From Atopobium sp. (GTDB lineage Bacteria > Actinomycetota > Coriobacteriia > Coriobacteriales > Atopobiaceae): DNA of 64,000 nucleotides. A program made the translations under genes and the position numbers. The first letter of the stretch is position 1; each line of letters starts with the position of its first letter. The stretch covers positions 6,697-70,696 of the forward strand of contig JABZGY010000002.1 of NCBI GenBank assembly GCA_015259155.1, given 5' to 3'. Positions 1 to 10,700 of this stretch are shown here, one piece after another. A model generated the notes under the pieces. The model saw only the letters and a list, made by a program, of their open reading frames with translations. It was not told the origin of the DNA and did not search any database.

Positions 1-59
1 ATAGTGTCAGGCGGAACTTGCGTGCTCAGGTTTGTAGATACGTCAATCGTTCGTTCCAT
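1..59 (-). CDS. 5' end of an unknown gene running off the window (MERTIDVSTNLSTQVPPDT...)
   Basis: ATG at 59-57 on the minus strand, preceded by an AAAGGAA RBS; frame open to the window edge. Confidence 0.6.
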   Translation of the reverse strand, partial: MERTIDVSTNLSTQVPPDT

Positions 60-156
60 AGTATGTTCCTTTCAGAGATGTTAGAGAAAAAATCAGCCGT
101 TTGAACAGGTAATTTATTTCTCATCGTTGAATAATCATAGGTTCAAAAAAGATTTT

Positions 157-180
157 GAGTGTCCAGTGTAATGGACACTC
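157..180. promoter_or_regulatory. Palindromic operator GAGTGTCCA-gtgtaa-TGGACACTC (putative WYL-regulator site 1)
   Basis: 9-6-9 perfect inverted repeat; same core at 24760-24777 and 26222-26239; minus-strand TATGAT (139-134) lies 20 bp from the core. Confidence 0.6.
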
Positions 181-275
181 ATATAGTGGGTAGTAACTGA
201 TATTAACCAGGTGAAATGGCTTATTATTAGTGTCATGGGAGTGCGGCTAACAATCACCGCGCAGGAGAGGGACAC

Positions 276-1028
276 ATGATTTTGTATTTTTCTGCAACCG
301 GTAATTGCAAATATGTTGCCGAGCGAATTGCCGCGGAGTTTAATGACACCGCAGTCTCGATTGAGAAATCAAACGGCCAGGTAAATCTTTCAGAAGATGA
401 GATGCTTGGCATTGTGACGCCAGTTTATAACTGGGAGCTCCCCATTACGACTCGTGAGTTTTTGCAGAATCTCCAGGTTACTGGTGCTTCTGCGCCGTAC
501 ATGTTTATTGTGACAACGTACGGAACAACGGCTGGTTGTACGTTTGTTGACGCAAAAAAGATTCTTGCTAGCAAAGGACTAGAGCTCAACGCCGGTTTTA
601 GCGTCAAAATGCCTGATACTTGGACTCCGATTTTTGATTTGAGCGACAAGGCAAAAGTTCAGCAAATTAACAACAATGCCGAGAGCTACATTGACGCTGT
701 ACTAAGCGGAATCAAAGAGCGAGCTGTTGGTAATCATATGCAGGGCGTTGTCCCGTATGCAGTGAGACTTTTTATGGATCCCATATACAACAATGAAAGG
801 AAGACACAGCACTTCTCAGTTTCAGAAAAGTGCATCGGATGTAGTCTTTGCGCACGAAAATGCCCTGTTCAGGCTATTGAGATGAAGGATAAGAAGCCTG
901 TGTGGGTTAAAGACCAGTGTGCCGCGTGCCTTCGTTGTTTGCATCATTGCCCTACGTTTGCCATTCAGTATGGTAAGGGGACAACAAACAAACATGGACA
1001 ATATAAAAATCCGCACGTCAAGGTGTAG
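276..1028 (+). CDS. EFR1-family ferredoxin (flavodoxin-like N-terminus + 2x[4Fe-4S] domain)
   Basis: YFSATGN flavodoxin start; CIGCSLCARKCP and CAACLRCLHHCP motifs; GGAGAGG RBS. Confidence 0.9.
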   Translation: MILYFSATGNCKYVAERIAAEFNDTAVSIEKSNGQVNLSEDEMLGIVTPVYNWELPITTREFLQNLQVTGASAPYMFIVTTYGTTAGCTFVDAKKILASKGLELNAGFSVKMPDTWTPIFDLSDKAKVQQINNNAESYIDAVLSGIKERAVGNHMQGVVPYAVRLFMDPIYNNERKTQHFSVSEKCIGCSLCARKCPVQAIEMKDKKPVWVKDQCAACLRCLHHCPTFAIQYGKGTTNKHGQYKNPHVKV

Positions 1029-1096
1029 TTTAGGTGTAAACTTTATGGCGTAGTTCACTTAGGCTAACAAAGTGCTAACCGAACGGAGCTTAACAA

Positions 1097-1597
1097 ATGC
1101 CTGATCAGAACGAGAAGAACGATCACCTTCCGGTGCTTGGTGTTGGCCCCGCTTATGTGATTGCCATTACGATGCTGACGGTCGCGTGCATTGCCTTGTC
1201 TAAGCTGGGATTTCTTCCGTACCTTCGCATTCGAGCCACGGTCGGCGTGATGCACACCGTGGGCACGGCTTTTCTGATTGTGGGCATCTGGCTGTGGGTT
1301 TCCGCTGCCATAAAAGAAAAACTTCGCGAGAAAATCATCGCAAATCAGCTGGTGACCACTGGTGTTTATGCGCTGGTCAGAAACCCTATCTACTCCGCAT
1401 TTGCGTTTGTCATGTCGGGCGCGGCTTTGCTTTCAAGCAACCTTTATCTACTGCCGCTGCCTCTTGTGTTCTGGGTGCTTTTAACTGTGATGATGCAAGC
1501 CACGGAGGAGAAGTGGCTTCTCGAGCAATTTGGCGATGAGTACAGAGAGTACTGCAAGCGAGTTAATCGCTGCATTCCGTGGTTTCCCAAGCGCTAA
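1097..1597 (+). CDS. Isoprenylcysteine carboxyl methyltransferase (ICMT/Ste14)-family membrane protein
   Basis: LVTTGVYALVRNPIY and EEKWL..FG.EY..Y...V.R.IP motifs; several TM segments. Confidence 0.85.
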   Translation: MPDQNEKNDHLPVLGVGPAYVIAITMLTVACIALSKLGFLPYLRIRATVGVMHTVGTAFLIVGIWLWVSAAIKEKLREKIIANQLVTTGVYALVRNPIYSAFAFVMSGAALLSSNLYLLPLPLVFWVLLTVMMQATEEKWLLEQFGDEYREYCKRVNRCIPWFPKR

Positions 1598-1637
1598 CGT
1601 TTAACGTGAATATAAACGTGACCATTTGCTTTTATTC

Positions 1638-1672
1638 GAGCCCCAGTTCCATAGGTGAGCTGGGGCTTATTT
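1638..1672 (+). terminator. Probable intrinsic terminator
   Basis: GAGCCCCAGTTC/GAGCTGGGGCTT stem followed by T-rich tract. Confidence 0.65.
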
Positions 1673-1817
1673 GATTTTCTCGCTATATAAATACTTTTAC
1701 GAAGCGGCTATGATATACATACGTCCGCAAGGCATAATTGTGTCATGCCTGCACTATACACGCCACGCCAGTTTGTCAGTGCTTGTACCTGCTGCTTCAT
1801 GAGAAACGAGAGATGCG

Positions 1818-3749
1818 ATGCTGGATATTCGTCGTGTTTTGGCAAGCGCGCCTAAAAAGCATACGGAGGAAACGCTCAATCCTTTGACGACTGTTTGGGG
1901 AGAGGCGCTTGACCCGTCGAATGTGTTGCCTGAGCATCCGCGTCCTCGCATGCAGCGCGACGAGTATGCGATGTTGAACGGTGTGTGGAAGTATGCGATT
2001 GCACCGGTAGATGGCGAGGTGGACGTAGAAACCCTCGCACAACAGGAGATTCCTTCCCGTTGGGACGGACAGATTGTGGTGCCGTTCTCGCCAGAAGCTC
2101 CGTTATCTGGGGTTGGTCGTACAGTGCAGCCGAGTGAACTTTTGTGGTATAAGCGCAAAATTGAACTATCTAAACTAGCCGATGACCAGCGACTTATTCT
2201 GCATTTTGAAGCGGTTGACTGGATGTGCGCATGCTTTGTGAATGGCAAGCTTGCTGGTACACATACTGGCGGTTACCTGCCGTTTTCTTTTGACATTACG
2301 GATCTGCTTGGCTCGGCCGAGGTGGGAGAGAGTGCGACGACGGGAAAGGCTGGGGTGGCAACCGCGGCTGAGGTGGCGGACGCAGCTGAGCTCGTGCTTT
2401 GCGTTTGGGATCCAAGCGATACCGGCTCTCAACTGCGAGGTAAGCAGCGACTTTTGCGCGGCGACATATGGTACACCGCTCAGAGTGGCATTTGGCAGAG
2501 CGTTTGGTATGAGGTTGTTTCTGCAACTCACCTTGAGTCGCTGACGTTTAAGGGCGACATGTTTGGCACACTTGAAGTTAAGGCGAACGTGCAGGTAAGC
2601 GGACCAGCAAGCGCGCAGCCGAGCGCGCTGGAGCTGGAACTTGCGCTCAAGGATGAGCTTGGGCAAGACGTTCTTCTCGCCAGGCTTCCGGTGGGTGAAG
2701 CAGGGAAAATTTGTACGAAGCTGCAGATAGATGACCCGCAGTTGTGGTCGCCGGAGAGACCGTACCTCTATTCCGTGGAGGCAACACTTTGGCAGGATGG
2801 TGCGGCGATCGATTTTGTTCGGAGCTATTGCGCGTTTCGTACCGTTGAGGTGAAGCCTGACGAGGCTGGTGTACCAAGGGTGCATTTGAATGGAGCGCAG
2901 TATTTTGTGCGTGGCGTGCTGGATCAGGGCTATTGGCCTGATGGATTGCTGACGGCGCCATCCGACGATGCGCTGGTATATGACGTAGAGGCCATGAAGT
3001 CGGCTGGTTTTAATACGCTGCGAAAGCATATCAAGATTGAAAGCGAGCGTTGGTATTACCACTGCGATCATATTGGCATGCTAGTTTGGCAGGATTGCGT
3101 TTCGGGAGGTAGCGCGTATAGTCCTTGGCACACGAGTCAAAAGCCGACGCTATTCAGCTTTACCTGGGGAAGATTTGACGATACAACGCCAAGGCATCAC
3201 GAGGCTTTATCTGCAGGTGACGAAGGCTATCGCAAGGAGTGGACAGAAACTTGTCAGGAAATGGTCAAGCTTTTGGACGGGCATCCTTCGATTGGATTTT
3301 GGACGCTCTTTAACGAGGGTTGGGGACAGTTTGATGCTTGCGCAGCTACTGAGGCTGTTCGCGCCTTGGATGCGACACGTCCAATCGATGCGACGAGCGG
3401 TTGGTATGACCAGGACTGTGGTGATTTTCTGAGCATTCACAATTACTTCCGACCACTTCGCGCAGGTTGGAGCGGGAAGCAACGGGAGAATCGAGCTGTG
3501 ATAATCTCTGAGTTTGGTGGCCTCGCGCAAATGACGCCAGGTCACACGTCACTTGACCATTCGTATGGATATGGGGATTTTGTCACAGTTGAGGATTGGC
3601 GAGGAGCTGTCCAAAAGCTGCTCTCAGAGGCGGAATCGCTGCAGGTCGAAGGTCTTGCAGGATACGTTTATACCCAGGTATCTGACGTTGAGGAAGAGGT
3701 AAACGGCCTGCTCACTTACGATCGAAAGATCAACAAGTTTGAAGGGTAG
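1818..3749 (+). CDS. Glycoside hydrolase family 2 (beta-galactosidase/glucuronidase-like)
   Basis: LHFEAVD, SGIWQSVW, LDQGYWPDG, RKHIK, WTLFNEGWGQ (acid/base) and ISEFGG (nucleophile) motifs. Confidence 0.9.
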   Translation: MLDIRRVLASAPKKHTEETLNPLTTVWGEALDPSNVLPEHPRPRMQRDEYAMLNGVWKYAIAPVDGEVDVETLAQQEIPSRWDGQIVVPFSPEAPLSGVGRTVQPSELLWYKRKIELSKLADDQRLILHFEAVDWMCACFVNGKLAGTHTGGYLPFSFDITDLLGSAEVGESATTGKAGVATAAEVADAAELVLCVWDPSDTGSQLRGKQRLLRGDIWYTAQSGIWQSVWYEVVSATHLESLTFKGDMFGTLEVKANVQVSGPASAQPSALELELALKDELGQDVLLARLPVGEAGKICTKLQIDDPQLWSPERPYLYSVEATLWQDGAAIDFVRSYCAFRTVEVKPDEAGVPRVHLNGAQYFVRGVLDQGYWPDGLLTAPSDDALVYDVEAMKSAGFNTLRKHIKIESERWYYHCDHIGMLVWQDCVSGGSAYSPWHTSQKPTLFSFTWGRFDDTTPRHHEALSAGDEGYRKEWTETCQEMVKLLDGHPSIGFWTLFNEGWGQFDACAATEAVRALDATRPIDATSGWYDQDCGDFLSIHNYFRPLRAGWSGKQRENRAVIISEFGGLAQMTPGHTSLDHSYGYGDFVTVEDWRGAVQKLLSEAESLQVEGLAGYVYTQVSDVEEEVNGLLTYDRKINKFEG

Positions 3750-3900
3750 TAGCTGCCGAATGATGTGGGATGTCGTTGGACAACGTTAGATGGCCTCGGT
3801 AGTGCTCGATGGTGTCCGTTAGTCAAGCGATGAACAGTTGAGTGAAAGATGCCCAGTTGATTGAGTGGTATCCAGTAATACCGAACGCTGATTTTTGCCA

Positions 3901-4137
3901 AAGTGGTAAAAAATGCGTTTAGTTGGGGTTTCATTTTTCTGTATATCGTGTTTTCGCAGATAAAAAATTGCAACGGTGGTAAAAAAATCGTCTTAGTTGG
4001 GGATAAAAATCACTTTTTAAAGATTTGATCCCCAACTAAACGGGTTTTTTACCGTTTTAGCCCCTAAATTTTGAGCTCGAAAATTGATTGATACGTAAAA
4101 TTGAATATTCGAGTATAGATATTCACATAAATGAATA
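3901..4137 (+). repeat. Three-armed intergenic repeat family A, copy 1
   Basis: Direct arms GGTAAAAAATGCGTTTAGTTGGGG (3905) and GGTAAAAAAATCGTCTTAGTTGGGG (3978); inverted arm ATCCCCAACTAAACGGGTTTTTTACC (4028-4053); trailing TATTCA-N6-TGAATA (4120-4137); homologous to 12504-12708 and 39317-39521. Confidence 0.85.
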
Positions 4138-4174
4138 CATCTCTAGCAAGAATAGAAATTTTGTAACTTAATAC

Positions 4175-4213
4175 AAAAACTCGCCTTCCAGAGATCTATT
4201 TCTGGAAGGCGAG
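4175..4213 (-). terminator. Intrinsic terminator of the apbE-FMN reductase operon
   Basis: CTCGCCTTCCAGA/TCTGGAAGGCGAG stem with A-run on the + strand (U-tract on the minus strand). Confidence 0.75.
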
Positions 4214-4334
4214 GGTAGTGTATCACTTCAGTTGTGCATCATTATGCTTGGTCACACGTAGGTGCAGGTAGACGCGTCAAGCAGCGTATCGCGGCCGCGC
4301 GGCGCGGTCGCGCGTCGCGGCGCGTAGCTGCACG

Positions 4335-5552
4335 TTAAGCGCTTGCACCCGAGGTAGCATCTACGCCTGCACTTGGTGCGGGAGCACCAGCAGCAGGGGC
4401 GGGAGCGCCAGCTGGTGGAACAACTGCGCCGCTAGCGCTTACGAGGCGCTGACCTGTGGTTTGTAGGTACCAATCCAACCATGGCTTGAAGTTGAAGACA
4501 ATCTCGTTGATGCCTGCATACGAGCCATCGGGGTAGTACATTGCCTGGTAGTTATGGGTGTTGATAATGTCGGCTGGTGTACCTGGGACAATGGTGCGTA
4601 CGTATTCTTTATCGCCGTTTCGAAGTACGCCGATGACAAACTCAACATTCTTCATGCGACCCTCTGGAAGAGAGCTGTGAACTGTGGAAAGACGGTCACC
4701 CGACTGCTCAGGAACGCGTTTTGCCAGCATAGTGTCTGGGTTGTCGTGAGCGTTGTTGTAGTAAAGGAACTGGTTGTTGTCGTCCGCGTAAGTTAGCTCA
4801 AATGGCATTGCCTTCAGGAACATGTCAATCTGGTTGACTGTCAAAATGCCGTGGTCAAGCTTAACGTATGTGTCGCCCGAGACCGCGCCCACAAGCTCGG
4901 CGGCCTTCTCGACCCAATCAGGATCGTCGGGATCAATGCCCTGGATAGTGGTGGAAATTGAGTTGGTTACGTCCAGATCCTCTGGCGCGATTGGCTTTGG
5001 CTTCTTCAATTTAGAGACCACCTCTACGTATTTGACAAAGTTATCCAGGCAAAGACCCAGGAAGCTGACGGTGCGCTCGTCGATAATGTTGCCCTCCTCG
5101 TCAAAAGCCTGCTTGGCCTTTCCAAGAAGGAACTCGTTACCAGGTAAAACGTATGCGTTTACGCCCGGAGCATCCATAATCTTGCGCAGATGTACTTGCG
5201 CGCGAGAAGTTCCCTGGTCGTAGTAAGAAGCTCCGACAATCATGACAGGCTTGTTCTCAAATGGATGCACATCGTAGGAGAGCCACTCGATGACGCTCTT
5301 AAGCGCAGGTGAGATGGTATGGTTGTGTTCGGGCGTAGAAATAATGACGCCGTCAGCACGGGTAATCTTGTTGTACAGAAGGCGGAGCTGGAAGTTCTCG
5401 TCCCACTTGAGGTCCTGGTTGAACAGAGGGATGTTATCGATCTCAAGGATCTCAAGCTCAAACTGCTTGGCAAAGTGCTTTTTGATGAAGTGCAGAAGCT
5501 TTCGGTTATAGGAAATCTCCGCATTTGAACCGACGATTCCGACAAATTTCAT
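4335..5552 (-). CDS. NAD(P)H-dependent FMN reductase fused to a PAS-like domain, with C-terminal DATSGAS flavinylation motif
   Basis: VGS..SYN and STPEHNH..S..LK motifs; MPFELTYADDNNQFLYYN PAS-like segment; Pro/Ala linker ending in DATSGASA. Confidence 0.85.
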   Translation of the reverse strand: MKFVGIVGSNAEISYNRKLLHFIKKHFAKQFELEILEIDNIPLFNQDLKWDENFQLRLLYNKITRADGVIISTPEHNHTISPALKSVIEWLSYDVHPFENKPVMIVGASYYDQGTSRAQVHLRKIMDAPGVNAYVLPGNEFLLGKAKQAFDEEGNIIDERTVSFLGLCLDNFVKYVEVVSKLKKPKPIAPEDLDVTNSISTTIQGIDPDDPDWVEKAAELVGAVSGDTYVKLDHGILTVNQIDMFLKAMPFELTYADDNNQFLYYNNAHDNPDTMLAKRVPEQSGDRLSTVHSSLPEGRMKNVEFVIGVLRNGDKEYVRTIVPGTPADIINTHNYQAMYYPDGSYAGINEIVFNFKPWLDWYLQTTGQRLVSASGAVVPPAGAPAPAAGAPAPSAGVDATSGASA

Positions 5553-5572
5553 AGTAGTAGTTCCTTCCAGGC

Positions 5573-6184
5573 CTACAGGTTTTCCCAGTCAAAGTTCTCG
5601 GCCTCTTTGCGGAGAAGTTCGCGCGATGCGGCCATTTTCTCGTTGAGTTTCACAAACAGACGGAAATCGTCAAAAAGCAGGTCAAGCTTCTTGACGGTAG
5701 CTTTGTCCTTCAAGTTGCCCTTCTCGTCAAATGCCTGCTGGGCGCGACCAAGAAGGAACTCGGAGCCTGGCATGATTGCGGCTTTGAGCTCGGGAGCGTC
5801 CAGAATTTGGCGGAGCTGAAGCTGCGCGCGAGAAGATCCGAGCGTGCCCAGGGACGCGCCGACAATCATGACTGGCTTGTTGACCATAGGGAAGATGCCG
5901 TAGGACAGCCAAGCAAGCGCGTTTTGCAGGACCGCTGGAATGGAGTGGTCGTACTCTGGTGTTGCGATGATGACGCCGTCGGCGGCCTCAATTTTCTTTG
6001 CAAGCTCTGAGACAACCTCGGGGACCTTCATCTTTGCGGGCTTGTTGAACAGGGGAATGTTGTCGATTTCCACCAGCTCAATGGAGGCCTTGTCGGCAAA
6101 GTGCTTCTGCATAAACTGCAGGAGTCTTCGGTTATTGGACTCTTTTGAATTGGTGCCAATGAGGCCAACAAAGTTAAGCATCAA
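5573..6184 (-). CDS. NADPH-dependent FMN reductase
   Basis: GTNS..SNN, IATPEYDHSIPAVL, KPVMIVGAS.G..GSSRAQ motifs. Confidence 0.9.
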   Translation of the reverse strand: MMLNFVGLIGTNSKESNNRRLLQFMQKHFADKASIELVEIDNIPLFNKPAKMKVPEVVSELAKKIEAADGVIIATPEYDHSIPAVLQNALAWLSYGIFPMVNKPVMIVGASLGTLGSSRAQLQLRQILDAPELKAAIMPGSEFLLGRAQQAFDEKGNLKDKATVKKLDLLFDDFRLFVKLNEKMAASRELLRKEAENFDWENL

Positions 6185-6198
6185 ACTTCCTTTCTGAA

Positions 6199-7197
6199 TT
6201 ACGCAAGGAGCTCAGGCGAGATCCCCGACGAATAATATACGCGATTATCAGTGGTTACTATGAGCGCTTCGATGTCTTTTTCTTGTTCTACACGAGCAAG
6301 GAGCTGACGGGGTTTCTCGCCATAAAGGCGCGTGGTCCAAATTTCTCCATCAAGCGAGTTGTCCGAGATAATCGTGATGCTCGCCAGTTGCGTGTCAACT
6401 GGATAGCCTGTCTTGCGGTCAAGAATGTGGTGGTAGGTGTGCCCGTTTACCTGCAGTTTCCTTTCATAGGTACCGGAGGTCACCACGGACTGGTTGCAAA
6501 TAGGCAGCGCAGCAAGGTTGGTGCCTCGTGGTTGTCGCGGATCCTGGATGCCAATCTGCCACGGCCTACCCGCGAGCACATTGTCGCCAATTGTCTTAAT
6601 GTTACCGCCAAGGTTGATAAGGGCGGAAGTGACGTGCTGACTTTTCAGATAATCTGCAATTTTGTCAGCGATGTAGCCTTTGGCCAAGCATCCCAGGTCC
6701 AGCTTCATGCCCTCTTTGGCGAGAAACACGGTGCAGCTCAGAGGATCCAATTCAATGAGTTGTGGATCAGTAAGCGAAAGCGCGTGCGCAACCTCGGCGT
6801 TATTTGGAATGCGAGCGTCAGAAAAGCCGATTCGCCAGGTTTGTACCAAGGGGCCAAGTGCAATGTTTAAATGACTTGCAGGTAGAAGACTTTGTTCTTT
6901 GCCAATTTGAATGAGCTCAAACAGCTCGGGGTCAACGGGGACAGGATGTTTGCCTGCTGCATGATTGATCTGCATAAGCTCGGAATTGGCGTCGTTTGCG
7001 CTAAACCGCTGGTTGTAGATGTTAAGGAGTTCAAAGACGTTATCAAGAAGCTGCTCTGCAAGGCAGTCCGCCTTTGAGTTTTGTAGCTCCTCTGCAGTGC
7101 GTTCTGCCTGCGCATTATTGGAAGGCGGCAATAAAGAGATGGTGATAGTCGCGCCCATCAGGTGAGTTGATCTGGAAATGTAGGCTCGTTCTGACAC
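6199..7197 (-). CDS. apbE: FAD:protein FMN transferase, no signal peptide (cytoplasmic)
   Basis: LMGAT, SEL..IN, LDLGCLAKGYIAD, INLGGN, VVTSGTYER, YHHILD.KTGYP motifs; GTG start. Confidence 0.9.
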   Translation of the reverse strand: MSERAYISRSTHLMGATITISLLPPSNNAQAERTAEELQNSKADCLAEQLLDNVFELLNIYNQRFSANDANSELMQINHAAGKHPVPVDPELFELIQIGKEQSLLPASHLNIALGPLVQTWRIGFSDARIPNNAEVAHALSLTDPQLIELDPLSCTVFLAKEGMKLDLGCLAKGYIADKIADYLKSQHVTSALINLGGNIKTIGDNVLAGRPWQIGIQDPRQPRGTNLAALPICNQSVVTSGTYERKLQVNGHTYHHILDRKTGYPVDTQLASITIISDNSLDGEIWTTRLYGEKPRQLLARVEQEKDIEALIVTTDNRVYYSSGISPELLA

Positions 7198-7776
7198 GAC
7201 TCTCCCATAGTGTCCAACAGCAGTTTGTTCAATTTTACCTGCAGATTGCTTGGCAGTAACTCTATTTTACGTTTGTTTGTTACAGTCATTTGTTGTATCG
7301 ACAACATTTTGACGAGAAACTCTACAGCTTTGGTTGCTCGCTAAAGCCCGCTCTCAGCTCCAAACGTGAAGAAAACTGTGGAGTTAATTTGATTATTTAT
7401 GCATAGGGATGTCTGTTTATTGTTGATATGTACTTATTCCAGTATCATTTTTTGCAGAAAGTACTGACCGATGATTGATTCTTGGCTGACGCGTATACGC
7501 CAGCCAATTTTTTTGAAGGAGTATGAAGGAAATGGAAAATAAGATGGCGGGATATTTCTGATTTTTCTCGCTAGCAGAAATGAAGTTAAATCTACGCACT
7601 TAGTAGCATTAATTGTGTGCAATAGAGTCTGATTTCAAAGTCTTTGTCCAAGATTCAAATAAAAAAATTTATTTGAACACAATATTTCTTTAGAAATTAG
7701 GTCAAAAACCATTAGTATGTTTAATGGAGCTATGTATATCTCCAGGGGTACGTTCGATAGGAAAGATGGGGTTGAT

Positions 7777-10700
7777 ATGAGCAACTTTAAGAAGTCGTTT
7801 GCAACTATGTTTGCAGCAATAATGATGCTCACCGGTATCATTATTTTAGGTACAAGCACTGTTGCAAAAGCAGTGACATATCCGTTGACGCAGAACATTG
7901 ATTTTGGCGCTGACGGACAACTTACTGTTAACCTTAAGCCCACTTCTCCTACAACGGTTAAGGGCAGCGCAAATATCTCCACAGGTATCGAGATTGACGC
8001 AACTGGTCTCCATAAGCCAATCGACGGTCTTTACCTGGAGATCGAGGTAAACACCAAGCAGTCCGCAACGGACATTAACAATACCAACAACATTACTCCT
8101 AACACCTATCTTGATAACTTTGCCACTCCAGCAGCAGCTACTCAGCCTATTATCAAGCGCGAGGAGACCATCGTTACCCCTGATGGTAAGACCATTAAGC
8201 GCCTGTACCTCAATACTATCGATACCACCGTTAAGCTGGAGCTCCCTTATGTTATGAGCTTCAGAGACATGGTTACCCCAGCAGATTTCCAGCTCAAGCC
8301 AGTTGTTCGTGTGTACAATGCAGACGGCACCGAGCTTGCTAACATGCCAGACCAGACCTACTCCATCACCTACGACAAGCCTTGGCTCATGAAACAGGTC
8401 GCAGGTGAAGAGACTAACGATCAGCTCCTGTACGGTGGTATTAATGCCCCAGGTGATTCGTCCGCTCTTTCCAACGATAAGACTGCAGACGTCATCTTCA
8501 ACTTTAGGCTTTACCAGTACTATCGTGCTTATCGCTCCATCATCATTACTGATACCCTTCCTACATACGTAAACGCAGCAGGTCAGACCGTTACCGCTCA
8601 CTTTGACCCAGCTAAGAACCCTAACTGGACGCTCAGCCCAGACGGACGTACCGTAACCCTCAAATTTGATATTCCTGCAGGAACAACCATTCTCAACGAT
8701 TACATCAGAGATAACCTTCCTGCGTATTCACAGCTCAAGCTTTCCTTCCCAGGCGCTCGCTACCTCAACGGCACTAATCGCGTAGTCTTCAACAACACTG
8801 CAACGGTTCAGGGCATCCCTTACAACCCAAGTGCTGCAGAAGAGACCGTGGGTCAGGTCCCTGGCAACGAGCACAACTTTGACGACGATACCAAGCAGTT
8901 CCGCCTTGCCGGTAATGACTTCAGCGGCAACGGTATGCTCAGCAAGCGCGGTCCTGTAACTATCCAGTACGACAAGAACGGCCTTGCTGTTAGGAAGCTT
9001 GACTACACCATCAAGCTGGTTAACAAGCTAGACACCCCACTCACTGACATCGAGTTCATCGAGGATGTTGCCAACACCGACAACCGCCTCTTTATGACCG
9101 CACTGACTGGCAACCTTGTTGCAGTTGGCCAGCGAGTTGGACTCAATATGGACCAGATTGAGGTCCGTGGTTACAAGGCTGATGGCAGTTACGACATCAT
9201 TCCTACCAGGAATAACGGTGCAAACTGGCTCTATCGCGCTGACATGAACTCGGCAAGCCAGCAGCAACTGCAGTCCTACCTGGACCAGATCAACCAGGGC
9301 ACGCTTGATCCATCCAATGCTGCCGCTGTGTCTCCTCAGTACAGGAAGATTGGTATTTACTTCAAGAATGTAACCCTGCAGCCAACCAGCAACATTGACT
9401 TCAATATCCAGATGATGTTCATGAATCCATTTGGCGAGGTCTACAGCGATAGGCCAATCACCAACATCATCAAGGTCAATGCCAACAAAGTTAATACCGA
9501 CGGCACTAAGACTCCAATGAACTTCTCCGCAAATTGGGATACTCGCTTTACTCCATTTAGCGAGAAGGTCTGGCTGTCCAAGTCCTCTTGGTACCAGCGC
9601 GTTGGTATGCCTGGCGAGCGCTTTAGTGCTCGCGTGGGCTTTGCGCTGACAGAGCTTTCACCTGCTCGTTACCTGAAGAATCCAACCTTCGTCGATCTTC
9701 TCCCTGCAGGCGTTTCTTATGACGCGAACACCACGGTTTCAGTGATTGCTGACTCGCTGCAGCCTGAGAAGGTTGAGTACATCAGGAATTATAACGAGAC
9801 CGGTCGCAATGCAGTCAAGATTACCCTTCCATCTGGATACGTGTATCAGTACGGATCTATGGGTTATGAGATTAGGAACCTGGTAATCAATGACGACATC
9901 ATTCCTTCTAAGGCCGAGAATGACGTTCTGAACAACAATAATGACGTCTACTTCTATGCAACGAACTGGACTCACGGTACTCCAGATGATTTCTCTGGTA
10001 TGTACAACGCTAGCAACTTTGTTAAGGATGACCTCGACATCAACATGAATGGCGTCACTGACGAGACTATTTTGAAGGCAACTGCAAAGGTTCTTGGCAA
10101 CAACGTTGAGAGTATCCAGTCCGACAAGCACATCCGTAGTCTTGAGCCAAACATTGCTGGCGGCGGTACATTCTACGGTAGGGCATTTACCTCGGCTACT
10201 ATCATGACTGACTTTGCTGGCGTCACCGATACCAGCGGACTCTTCCAGTATCGTCTGAGCATTCGTAACTACTACAACACGCCAATGAATAAGATCCTTA
10301 TGTACGACGTGTTGCCATATGTGGGCGACGGCAGAAACTCTGCTTTCAGCAATACACTTCAGGGTCCTATTGAGCTGAAGATTGGCTCAACTGACGTCAG
10401 CTCCCAGTACGATATTTACTATCGTACTGATGAACACCCAGCTCAGAACGATATCAACGAGATTAACAGCCCAGAGTGGACTAAGACTCCAGCTGACTAC
10501 ACCAAGGTAACGGCAATCAAGATCGTTGGTAAGGATGGCACTATTTTGCCTCCATACACCGTTCTGTCTGCGGTTCTTACCATGAAGGCACCACTGTATG
10601 ATCCAAACCTCTCCGAGGCTCTTGCATACAACGACATGAGCGTTATCTACAACAACGAAGCAGCTATGCGCCGTACCGAGAAGGTCGCAAACCAGCTTGT

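Noticed and set aside
3901..4053. Repeat arms as a possible CRISPR array
   Set aside because: Only two direct arms plus an inverted one, spacers homologous between copies, and no cas genes
4286..4326. GC-rich CGCG low-complexity patches here and at about 61013-61066
   Set aside because: No consistent unit or structure; cannot support a function
7210..7220. GTGTCCAACAG identical to the left part of the 26221 site
   Set aside because: Half-site only, with no TGGACA partner
7417..7982. Short ORFs in the AT-rich region upstream of the Cna adhesin
   Set aside because: No RBS or protein-like composition; more likely promoter DNA
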